Positions 1-9,149 of a DNA stretch of 64,000 nt are shown in pieces. The translations under genes and the position numbers were made by a program. Source of the stretch: an uncultured Phycisphaerales bacterium (GTDB taxonomy: Bacteria > Planctomycetota > Phycisphaerae > Sedimentisphaerales > Anaerobacaceae); contig CAVYYI010000001.1 of assembly GCA_963772725.1 (NCBI GenBank), positions 992,001 to 1,056,000 of the forward strand, read 5' to 3'. Every line of letters begins with the position of its first letter. Within the stretch, counting starts at the first letter, position 1. The notes below the pieces were generated by a model. That model was not told the origin of the DNA. It worked only from the letters and a program-made list of their open reading frames with translations, and made no database searches.

Positions 1-2850
1 CACAAACGAAAGCTGATACAGCTTATCGTAAGAGTATTGGGATTCGTTATTGTCGATTATCATATTCTTTCGATTCCCGACATTATCATAATCGGTGTAT
101 CCAATCACCTGAGACTGCGCACTATTGAACTTGTTCCTCAACTGCGTCAGGCGATTACCAATGTCGTAAGTATATACGGTGTTGGCGTCGTTGGCAAGAG
201 TTAAAACTTTTCTTCTCGAAAGCTGGTCATATTGATATTCCGCAAGAGTAGAACCATTATATTTAACCCTGCCCAGCCTGCCGAGCGAATCATATTCATA
301 AGTTACATAACTGTCGTCAGGATAATCCAGCCTTGTGCGCAGGCCTCTTGAATTATACTGATATTCCACAAGACGGCTGTCAACATCCTCTACATCGGTC
401 AAACGCCCGATTCTGTCATAGGTATAAGTAATCGTGTCCGAATCCTGCGTTTCCTCTTTTACCCTGCCTGCGATATCGTATTCATACGTAATTGCCGATT
501 CGCCCGGCCTTGTCTTTTCCGTCATCCAGCCAAGGGCATTATATTCATAGTAAATAGTATCTCCCGCGCTGGTGGTCTTGCTTGTGATATTGCCGTTTTT
601 GTCGTAGCCGAAAACTTCTGTCGTATCATCGGGATAGGTAATTGTAGTTAACCTGTCAAAGCTGTTGTAAGAATATTGCGTAACACTGCCGTTTGCGTCC
701 TCGATTTCGGCTAATCTGCCGTTGACGTTATAGCGATACAGTGTTTCCCCGCCATTGGCGTCAGTTATCTTTGTTATGAGTCTTCGCTCATTATATTCGT
801 ACTTTGTCTTATTTGTTTCGGCATCGGTTAGGCTGTTAATGTCCTTATTGTAATTGTAGCCGTAAAGTGTAACGTGAGTAAGAGGGTCGATAGTCTTTAA
901 GAGTGTTTTATACCTGTCGTAATTGAATGTTGTTACCTGGTTGGGGCCGGTTATCTCCCGCTCAATTTTTGAGCGGTTGCCGTTCTTGTCATAACTGAAC
1001 TGTGTTACATAACTATAAGGCGAAGGGGTTGTCATCTTTTCCATCTGGTCAAGATTATTGTACTGGAGCTTTGTTGTATCACCGTTGGGGTCGATTATCG
1101 CTCTTACTCTGCCGAGGCTATCGTACTTATATTCTGTAACGATATTCAGGCCGCTTGCGGTGTTAGAATCGTGTGTTACCTTCCAGAGATGGCCATAATT
1201 GGGGTCGCCTGAGGTGGTGTAATAATCGTATTTTGTTTTAATTCCATCGGGGCTGTTGACCTCAGTTACGCGGCTATAAGTATCGTATTTGAAATACACA
1301 ACGGGAGTTTGGTCGCCGTCAATTGTCGTAACCTCCGGATAGGTAATATTCTCAAGGCTGCCATCGCTGCTTTTATAATTATACGTGGTAACATTGCCCA
1401 TCGGGTCAGTCTCTGTCTTTATTTTCTTTGTCCATACCGTATCATAAGTGTACGTTGTCGCAAGAACGTCAGGGTCGCTGGAACTGTTGGGCTGGGAAGT
1501 ATCGATTTTGACATATTTGCCCGTAAGCCTGCCGGAACTGTCGTAGGTAAAATCTGTGCAGTTGCTAGCAGGGTAGAGTATCCGCGTACGCCTCCCATTG
1601 GAATCATAAGAATATGTAGTAGTGAAATGATTGGGGTCATTGTTTGGATTTGCAGTATAGACCGTTCGGCTTATAAGCTGGCCGCTGGTATTGTAAGCCT
1701 GCTTGATTTTATTGCCCTCGCGGTCAATTGTTGTCATAATGCCGTTTGTCACATCATTGGTAAGGGTATAATTGACGTCCTCGATATCCTGCCGATAGAC
1801 CGTATCGCTGACGGTATTATAATAATTCTTTACTACTTCGTCCTCGTTCGGGTCGGTGATAGTATCAAGATTGTGATAACTGTCATAAGTGTAAGTGGTT
1901 GTAAGGCCGTTGGGATAATCGGAGGTCTCCGGCCCAGTTACGGTAAGAAGGTCGTTTGTACTTTCATCATAATTGTAATTCCACTCTCTATTGGCAAAAT
2001 CCTTTATGCTGGTTATAAGCCCCGATGCGTTATAGGTAAAATCAATCTCACGCCTGAGGTCATCGGTAATCTTGTCTATCTGCTCCGGATAGGTAGAATT
2101 ATGGTCTATGGTAATACTGCTGCCGAACCTGTCCTCTATTTCTTCCAGTCTGTCGTTTGTGTTAAAGATATAGTTGGCGTCATTAACTTTAACGAGGGTA
2201 TATTTATCGGTTGAGGAATCATAAGTGAAATACTGGCCGGGGGTAGTTGCATTGGTGAATGTATAGCTGCCTTCGTTTGTATATTTGATGCTTGCGCCCG
2301 TGCCGGTTGAAAGATGCAGTATCCTGTAATACCCCGGCTCATCGCGGGTGATATACATATTATAACTCATTTCCCAGCCGTAACCGAATTGCCCTGTCAT
2401 AGGTCTCCTGCTGCCATAGGTGCGGGTAATATTTACAGACAATGTCCGTCCTCTAATAGATACATCTGTAACAGAAAGTGAGAATTCCCCTTTTTTGATA
2501 TATACAGGGTCTCCGGTTGTAGGAGAATCGCTCACACTTGCCGGTGCAGCTCCACAACCAAGACCACTTCCTGGCCCACCCGGCGGAGGAGGTGGCGGAG
2601 GAGGTGGTGGCGGAGGAGTACAACTACTACATTCTTCACAGCAATCGCCGCAGCAACCACCTTCTCCGCAACAGTCGCCTTCACAGCAACCGGGACAAGG
2701 GGGCGGAGGAGGCGGTGGAGGCGGAGGCGTCCAGCAGCCTTTTGCGGTACTCTCAAAATAAGGTATAAAATTTACCGCCAGCAAAAAACCGAACGACAAT
2801 AACAAATACGGCATGATAAAAACTATGGGTTTTAATGTAGTGCGTTTCAT
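1..2850 (-). CDS. RHS/YD-repeat protein with N-terminal signal/TM segment, Pro/Cys-rich leader and DUF6531-like domain; runs off the window edge
   Basis: Not in the ORF track because it has no stop in the window. Manual translation from ATG 2850 (RBS GGGAGA): MKRTTLKPIVFIMPYLLLSFGFLLAV...GDPVYIKKGEFSLSVTDV...TRTYGS...FGYGW, then many YD repeats (YDSLGR, YDKNGN, YDIAGR). Confidence 0.92.
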   Translation of the reverse strand, partial: MKRTTLKPIVFIMPYLLLSFGFLLAVNFIPYFESTAKGCWTPPPPPPPPPPCPGCCEGDCCGEGGCCGDCCEECSSCTPPPPPPPPPPPPGGPGSGLGCGAAPASVSDSPTTGDPVYIKKGEFSLSVTDVSIRGRTLSVNITRTYGSRRPMTGQFGYGWEMSYNMYITRDEPGYYRILHLSTGTGASIKYTNEGSYTFTNATTPGQYFTYDSSTDKYTLVKVNDANYIFNTNDRLEEIEDRFGSSITIDHNSTYPEQIDKITDDLRREIDFTYNASGLITSIKDFANREWNYNYDESTNDLLTVTGPETSDYPNGLTTTYTYDSYHNLDTITDPNEDEVVKNYYNTVSDTVYRQDIEDVNYTLTNDVTNGIMTTIDREGNKIKQAYNTSGQLISRTVYTANPNNDPNHFTTTYSYDSNGRRTRILYPASNCTDFTYDSSGRLTGKYVKIDTSQPNSSSDPDVLATTYTYDTVWTKKIKTETDPMGNVTTYNYKSSDGSLENITYPEVTTIDGDQTPVVYFKYDTYSRVTEVNSPDGIKTKYDYYTTSGDPNYGHLWKVTHDSNTASGLNIVTEYKYDSLGRVRAIIDPNGDTTKLQYNNLDQMEKMTTPSPYSYVTQFSYDKNGNRSKIEREITGPNQVTTFNYDRYKTLLKTIDPLTHVTLYGYNYNKDINSLTDAETNKTKYEYNERRLITKITDANGGETLYRYNVNGRLAEIEDANGSVTQYSYNSFDRLTTITYPDDTTEVFGYDKNGNITSKTTSAGDTIYYEYNALGWMTEKTRPGESAITYEYDIAGRVKEETQDSDTITYTYDRIGRLTDVEDVDSRLVEYQYNSRGLRTRLDYPDDSYVTYEYDSLGRLGRVKYNGSTLAEYQYDQLSRRKVLTLANDANTVYTYDIGNRLTQLRNKFNSAQSQVIGYTDYDNVGNRKNMIIDNNESQYSYDKLYQLSFV

Positions 2851-2909
2851 ATTATGATTCTCCCTATTTTGAGTTCTGTATTCTTTCTTTTATCAGTGAT
2901 AATCAGCGA

Positions 2910-4499
2910 TTAAATATTTCCAATTTTCCTGATTTCTTCCAGTTTGGCTTTTACCTCCGCAATAGCGGGATTGCCGATATTGGCCGTTCTTAAAAATTGC
3001 TCATAATACTTAATCGCATCAGGCCATTGCCTGCTGGCATAATAAAAGGAGCCTAATTTCATACAGACCATTCCCGCATGTGAACAGTTCGGATACACAT
3101 CGGCAACATATTTATACGCCTGCTCTATCATAGGATTAGCTGTCGATTTGGGAATCGCCCCCGAGTTTCTCTGGCTTTCATAACACAGACCGAGAAGATG
3201 CTGACAATGCCAGACAAACTCAAAATCCGGCCATGTCTGAATCACCTTTTTGCAATATTCGGCTGCCTTATCATACTGGCCAACACGGTAACACGAATCA
3301 GCGACGCAGGTTGCCGCCTTAGCTGCCAAAGCCGAATCAGGATAGCTGTTTGCAACTTTATCCCATAAACTTGCGGCCTTTTCGAGATATTTTACTGAAA
3401 GCTGCTTTTTGCCGTGCCTCTCCAGCCCCAGGCCGTGATTGCAATACTGCTCTCCGAAATAAAATAACTCTTCTGTGAAACCTGTTCGTGTGCCAAAGTC
3501 CGCTATGAACTTATTTAAATCCGCTTCGTGGGAGTCAATATCGTTATCGCTGCTTATCACTATATGAAAAAGCTTTGCCTTTGCCTTCATTCCAAATGGG
3601 GAATTTGCGTAATCAGCGGCGATTTTCCGGTATATTTCACGGGACGGGCGTTCACCTTGTTCTTTCTTGCATGAAGCCTCGAATTTACCCGCAATCTCGA
3701 AAAGCACACGCGGCAATTCGGTATTACTATTAAAATCAGCGATTAAACGGCCGACTCCTGCCTGCGCCTCATCATATTTGCCGGAATTGATAAGGATAAG
3801 TATATCAGTCTTTGCGGCATCTACTCTGGCTTTTCCGGTATAAGTACTATTGGGATATTGCTGAATGATTTGCTGATAGATGCCTTTTGTCGTACTGCAT
3901 TTTTCCATACCGACATGTTCAAACCTTCTCCCGACGGAATAAAGTATTAAAGGCATATTATTTCGCTCTGCATAAGTAGAATTCAGCCTATCCAGCGATG
4001 ATTGAGCCTCAGTATAGCTGTTGCTGTCTATATAAGAGAATATGTCATCTTTAATAATGTTCATCGTCGCTGTGATTGCGGAGTTGCTGTTCGGGTCATA
4101 TCCTGTTATCTGACGATAAAGTTCTTTTGCCTCTTTATACTTCTTTACGCTCGCGTATTTTCTTGCGACAACGCTTAACGCCTCCGGCAGCTTTGTATTG
4201 TTTCTGAAATTATTCGTCATATCGGTGATTACGGTATTTATATCCATAACCCTGCCGTGCGAATTGTATAAAACATATACCCCAGCAAGCAGACTGCGAG
4301 CCTTCAAGTCATCATTTGTTCCGGGATATTGCTTTATTATGTCCTTGTAAATTGTTTCGGCTTTCTGATAATTCCAGCTTTTGATATAAGAATCCGCCTG
4401 CTTAAACTGCTCCTTTGTATCTGCAAAGCCGCTTTGACATAACTGAATTAATAATAGACCGAACACCGCCGACGCGATTGAGATTCTTTTTATGAACAT
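2910..4499 (-). CDS. Exported tetratricopeptide-repeat protein (YbgF/BamD-like repeats)
   Basis: Signal peptide, repeated Y..II..YP.S helical TPR motifs, RBS AAGGAG. Confidence 0.85.
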   Translation of the reverse strand: MFIKRISIASAVFGLLLIQLCQSGFADTKEQFKQADSYIKSWNYQKAETIYKDIIKQYPGTNDDLKARSLLAGVYVLYNSHGRVMDINTVITDMTNNFRNNTKLPEALSVVARKYASVKKYKEAKELYRQITGYDPNSNSAITATMNIIKDDIFSYIDSNSYTEAQSSLDRLNSTYAERNNMPLILYSVGRRFEHVGMEKCSTTKGIYQQIIQQYPNSTYTGKARVDAAKTDILILINSGKYDEAQAGVGRLIADFNSNTELPRVLFEIAGKFEASCKKEQGERPSREIYRKIAADYANSPFGMKAKAKLFHIVISSDNDIDSHEADLNKFIADFGTRTGFTEELFYFGEQYCNHGLGLERHGKKQLSVKYLEKAASLWDKVANSYPDSALAAKAATCVADSCYRVGQYDKAAEYCKKVIQTWPDFEFVWHCQHLLGLCYESQRNSGAIPKSTANPMIEQAYKYVADVYPNCSHAGMVCMKLGSFYYASRQWPDAIKYYEQFLRTANIGNPAIAEVKAKLEEIRKIGNI

Positions 4500-5231
4500 G
4501 ACCTTACTCCTTAAAAAATCCCGCCTTAAAGTTTCTTTCCATATCTGCTTTTTTTTAAGAGTATAATTCAGTCATGGTTATTATCAACAAAAATATTCTG
4601 AATATTTTAATATTTCCTATAACTTATTTTACTTGGAAAATTTGCGCATAACATCCCCTTCTTAGTAAAGGCGTATTTCTTCATGAAAATGTGACATAAA
4701 TATTACAATTTTTTAAAAAATCTTTAATTTTTGCGAAAAATGTTAAAATAGGTAAGCCGCAATACCTTATTTTTTCATAATCTGCGTTTCCCTGTGTTAA
4801 TTCGTGGTTAATTAAAAATTTTCTATTTTTTTCATTTTTTCCTAAAGCCCCCCTTTTTCTTTTCCGATTAGGCATTTATTAAAATAAGATAGGGATAAAG
4901 AAGTATTAGAATAAATTGATAAATAGATTATAAATCAGCCTTGATTGGCATCCTTTGGGGGCAGAAATAATTTTGGATTTCCGATTAATCCGTTTTGCGT
5001 CGTGAGTATTGCGTATTGCGTTATTTGATTTTTCTGTATTCGACACATCACGCTTCACGAACGACGCACGACGATAAAGGACAACCGTGTCCATTCGTGG
5101 TGAATAGAATTTTGGATTTTTAATCTTTGCTTTTGCTAACAACTAATGACTATTGACTAATGGCTAATGACTAAAAAAACGCTTCGCCGTGAAGCGGAAA
5201 ATTCACTTACTTTTTTTTAGGAGATTTTGTC

Positions 5232-5848
5232 ATGAGCAGTTTCCCGAAAACAGAGCTTCAAATAGTAGCTCTCGCAGAGCAAATGGTCGCCGGTTACACC
5301 TCGCATGCGGCTGATTTTCCCTCTGTTACCGTTGCCGATTTAACCGCGGCGCTGACCGCCTACAGAAATCAAAGGCAGACTCAGGAAGATGCGGATAGTC
5401 AGGCTAAAATCGCCACGGCGACAAAGAGTGATAAGCTCGACGCACTTATCACGTTGATGAAAAACGATTTGAAGGTCTCAGAGGTCGATACGACGGCCGC
5501 TCCGGAAAAACTGGCTGAAATCGGCTGGGGGCCAAAGTCGAGCCTACTCCGGTTGAGATGCCGGGCGTACCTACCGAACTGCATCCTGTATATGAATCTC
5601 AGGGCGCAATCGGCCTTGTCTGGACAAAGCCTCTGACAGGCGGACAGGTGCGAAACTACATCGTCGAAAGACGAGACCAGCAGCAAGGCGGAGCATTTAG
5701 CGAATGGAACTTTATTAATACCACCTACAACTGCGAAGCCAACCTGACCGCTCAGCCGGAAGCCCTGAGAGTTGAATATCGCGTCAAGGCGGCAAATACC
5801 GCCGGGCAAAGTATGCCCAGCAACAGCGTTTCGGTAGTTTTGCCGTAA
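5232..5848 (+). CDS. Helical N-domain plus fibronectin type III domain protein (apparent frameshift near 5535)
   Basis: ORFs 5232..5636 and 5558..5848 join into a full-length paralog of 5993..6601 (EKL..IGWG...W..P....RNYI...EYRVKA.NTAGQS). Confidence 0.8.
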
Positions 5849-5992
5849 ATAAAACCCCTGCGGGAAACTGCGGGGGAGCAATAATAAAAACTTATAACTT
5901 AAAACTAAAAACTCAAAATTATAAATTTGAAACTAAACGCTGTACGCTGAATTTTATGCGAGCGACGAGAGACGAGAAACGAGAGACGAAAT

Positions 5993-6601
5993 ATGATTTT
6001 TCCGAAAAAAGAAACTGAAATGGTATATCTGGCCGTCAGGATGATAAACGGCTATTTCGCGCATACTCTGGATTTTCCAAGCGTAAACAGGATGACCCTT
6101 TATTTTCGTTATCGGGATTACAACGATGCCAGGACGGCTCTTTTTAATAAAAAGACAAAGGCGCATCTTGCGGCGGTGAGAAAGGAAAGGCGATTTACAG
6201 AGCTTTGCGAAATAATGAAAAAAGACCTGAGGCTTTCCGAGGTTGATACGAGAAATAATCCGGAAAAGCTTTCGTTTATCGGCTGGGGTGTTAAATCGAA
6301 TCCTTTGCCTGCCGAGATTCCCGCTCAGCCGATAAATTTAAGAATCGGGACTATAAAAGAAACAGCCGTACAGTTAAAATGGGATAGACCCCTGAGGGGA
6401 ATTGTGCGAAATTATATTATCCAGCGGCGCCAAAAGCAAACCAGCGGCAATTTCAGTCAATGGCTTTTAATCGCAGCCTCATATAAGACCCAAATCACTC
6501 TTTCAAATCAGCCGAAGGGAATAAACCTCGAATACCGGGTAAAGGCGGTTAATACCGCAGGCCAAAGCCAGTCATCAAATACTGTTTCGAATATACTTTA
6601 G
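5993..6601 (+). CDS. Helical N-domain plus fibronectin type III domain protein
   Basis: Fn3 signature LKWDRP...YII...LEYRVKAVNTAGQSQSSN. Confidence 0.8.
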   Translation: MIFPKKETEMVYLAVRMINGYFAHTLDFPSVNRMTLYFRYRDYNDARTALFNKKTKAHLAAVRKERRFTELCEIMKKDLRLSEVDTRNNPEKLSFIGWGVKSNPLPAEIPAQPINLRIGTIKETAVQLKWDRPLRGIVRNYIIQRRQKQTSGNFSQWLLIAASYKTQITLSNQPKGINLEYRVKAVNTAGQSQSSNTVSNIL

Positions 6602-6699
6602 TTGGGTAATAAAGGGCTTTTATTGTTACAGTAAAATTTGCCTTTTCCCGTTTTTGCAAAAGTTCAGTTAATATTTCTTCAACCGCCGATTTTCCGCTG

Positions 6700-6728
6700 T
6701 TGACATACTCGTTTATTTATTTTATGAT
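6700..6728 (+). promoter_or_regulatory. sigma70-type promoter of sppA
   Basis: TTGACA-17bp-TATGAT, 35 bp upstream of the ATG. Confidence 0.7.
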
Positions 6729-6763
6729 AGCGACACATATATTATTTTTAAAGGGGCTTTATT

Positions 6764-7804
6764 ATGGATAATGAACAGAACAGCAATATGTCAACACCGC
6801 CGCAGCCGTCTTTTACTCCGCCGCCTTATCTCCCGCCGGCACCGCCCAAAAAGACAAGCGGATGGAGAGTCTTCTGGGGCATTTTTACCGGGTTATCAGT
6901 ATTTGCCAATATTTCCATGTTCCTGATAGTCATTGCGATGGCGGCACTCTTCTCTATCGGGCAGAAGGACATGTTTACAGAAGAAGTCCTGCAGGAAGGT
7001 TCACGAATGAACAAAATTGCTGTCATCAATATCGACGGCATAATAGATAATCAAAAATCCCGCGATGCCTGTAAACAATTAGATACGGCCGCAAAAGATA
7101 AAAGCATAAAAGCTCTGATTATCCGCGTCAATTCCCCCGGCGGCATGGTCTCTTCCAGCGATGAAATATACGATGCGATTTGCAAATATCGCAAACAGAC
7201 AAACAGGCCCGCTGTCGCGTTTATGGGAGGCATCGCCGCTTCCGGCGGTTATTACACATCGGTCGCCTGCGATAAAATCATTGCCGAACCGACAACTATC
7301 ACCGGCTCTATCGGGGTAATAACGGGTTATTTTGTCCTCAAAGACCTGCTCGAACAGAAACTCGGCATCGAGCCTGTTATTATCAAATCCGGCCTGAAAA
7401 AAGACTGGCCAAGCTCCTTCCAGCCCCCCACCGAAGAGCAGCGACAGTATATGCAGGAAAAGTTAATCGGACCGGCATTCGAAAGATTTACAAAGATTGT
7501 CGCTGAAGGCAGAAAAGACGTTTTAACGCCCGAGGATGTCAATCGCCTCGCCGACGGCAGCATTTTCTGCGCAAAAGAAGCGCTCGACGAAAACCTGATT
7601 GACCAAATCGGCTATTTCGATGACGCGGTACAGCTTACCTCTAAATTAGCCAACATCTCAAATCCGCAGGTTATAGAGTTTCGCAAGCCTTTTTCACTGT
7701 CCGGCTTTTTGACTTCAGAGTCACAAAGCAGGCTTAAATTAGACCGCACTACGCTGCACGAGTTCACAACTCCGCAGATTATGTATCTCTGGAATGCCAA
7801 CTAA
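6764..7804 (+). CDS. sppA: Signal peptide peptidase SppA (S49)
   Basis: RVNSPGG, AASGGYY, TITGSIGV motifs; N-terminal TM helix. Confidence 0.93.
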   Translation: MDNEQNSNMSTPPQPSFTPPPYLPPAPPKKTSGWRVFWGIFTGLSVFANISMFLIVIAMAALFSIGQKDMFTEEVLQEGSRMNKIAVINIDGIIDNQKSRDACKQLDTAAKDKSIKALIIRVNSPGGMVSSSDEIYDAICKYRKQTNRPAVAFMGGIAASGGYYTSVACDKIIAEPTTITGSIGVITGYFVLKDLLEQKLGIEPVIIKSGLKKDWPSSFQPPTEEQRQYMQEKLIGPAFERFTKIVAEGRKDVLTPEDVNRLADGSIFCAKEALDENLIDQIGYFDDAVQLTSKLANISNPQVIEFRKPFSLSGFLTSESQSRLKLDRTTLHEFTTPQIMYLWNAN

Positions 7805-7865
7805 TTACAGCCGACAATGCCGTATTAGAAGCGCACAGCTTATGCAAAACTCTTGTTATAAACCG

Positions 7866-9140
7866 TCAATATTCGGCGTTTTCGTAAAAGGCGTCTATCA
7901 TCGCCTTGAAATTGTCAACAGGTACACCCGCCTGGACATTATGTACCGCGTTAAAAATATAGCCGCCAGCCTCTTTAAAAATTCTAACTCTTTCCGCGAC
8001 TTCCTGTTTTACCTGCTGAGGTGTTCCAAATGACAGCGTCTTTTGCGTATCAACCCCTCCGCCCCAGAAAACAATATCCCTGCCGTATTTTTTCTTCAAT
8101 GCTGCCGCATCCATATTCGCCGCCGAACACTGCACAGGATTTAGAATATCAAAACCAGCTTCAATTATCGCAGGTATCAAAGGCTCAATCGAACCGCAAC
8201 TGTGCATAAAGGTCTTCCATTTGGTGTTCTGATGTATCCAGTCGTTAAGCTTTTTCTGATAAGGAAAATACAGGTCGCGGAAGGTCTTTTCCGACATCAT
8301 CGGCCCACTCTGCGAACCGAAATCAGTACCCGACATAAATACCGTCTGAACCTTGTTGCCCACCGCTTTAAAAATCTTCTTTAGATTCTCAAGAGCGAAT
8401 TCCGCCTGTATCTCGAAAACCTTTTTAATATAATCAGGCCGAAGAGCGATAGACATATACCACTCGGTTATGTCACGAATGCCTTTAGGCTCCTTCATAA
8501 AAGGCCCCGGCACAAGAGCAATATCTCCGAACGCCCCGCCCGGAAATGTCATATATATCGCACTGTCGGTATTCTCATAAGCCCAATCAATTTCCTTCTT
8601 GAAATGCGTAACATCCTCATCCGAAAGCAGGCCGAACTCCTCGGTATTGTCTTTGGGATTGAGTTTATTCTCATCTATGGGTTTTTGACGAATTATCGCG
8701 TCAAAATAAAAACCGTCTTTAGGCATAACGCATGAAGGCGGATAACTCCTGTCACCTTCGGCATACATTACAATTCTGCCGTTCTCGTCCGGTGTGGTAT
8801 TAAAAAGCTCAGGAACCCATACCGGCGTGCCATCAAAAAGCGTCCGGGGCTTCCACCCCTCGTTCTTAAAGCCAAACATATTCTTCAGCGGATGCACACC
8901 TACAACATCGAAGCCAAAATAATCCCGCATCTTCGCATCGACTTCACCCAGCATCTGGTAAGGCTCGCTTAACTTTATCCGTTCACCCGGCTCAAGCAGG
9001 CCATAAGCCTTTTTGATTTTATAAACCGTGGAAGCCATTATTCCCGTCTGCCCGCCTGCGCCAAAATCTATCGGCACACGGTCGCTCGCCTTGTGATTCA
9101 ACGCGTCAATTACTCTCTGTCTGTGAGTTTTTTCCATCAT
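7866..9140 (-). CDS. Uroporphyrinogen decarboxylase / MtaA-CmuA methyltransferase family protein
   Basis: DRVPID, GTDFGSQ, FMHSCG, FWGGGVDTQ, HNVQA motifs. Confidence 0.85.
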   Translation of the reverse strand: MMEKTHRQRVIDALNHKASDRVPIDFGAGGQTGIMASTVYKIKKAYGLLEPGERIKLSEPYQMLGEVDAKMRDYFGFDVVGVHPLKNMFGFKNEGWKPRTLFDGTPVWVPELFNTTPDENGRIVMYAEGDRSYPPSCVMPKDGFYFDAIIRQKPIDENKLNPKDNTEEFGLLSDEDVTHFKKEIDWAYENTDSAIYMTFPGGAFGDIALVPGPFMKEPKGIRDITEWYMSIALRPDYIKKVFEIQAEFALENLKKIFKAVGNKVQTVFMSGTDFGSQSGPMMSEKTFRDLYFPYQKKLNDWIHQNTKWKTFMHSCGSIEPLIPAIIEAGFDILNPVQCSAANMDAAALKKKYGRDIVFWGGGVDTQKTLSFGTPQQVKQEVAERVRIFKEAGGYIFNAVHNVQAGVPVDNFKAMIDAFYENAEY

Positions 9141-9149
9141 TACCCTCAA

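Noticed and set aside
1309..2768. Plus-strand ORFs (301 aa; Gly/Gln-rich 113 aa)
   Set aside because: Antisense shadows of the minus-strand RHS gene.
4681..5142. Short minus-strand ORFs (also 21335-21679)
   Set aside because: They run through AT-rich micro-repeat DNA with no RBS or domain signal.
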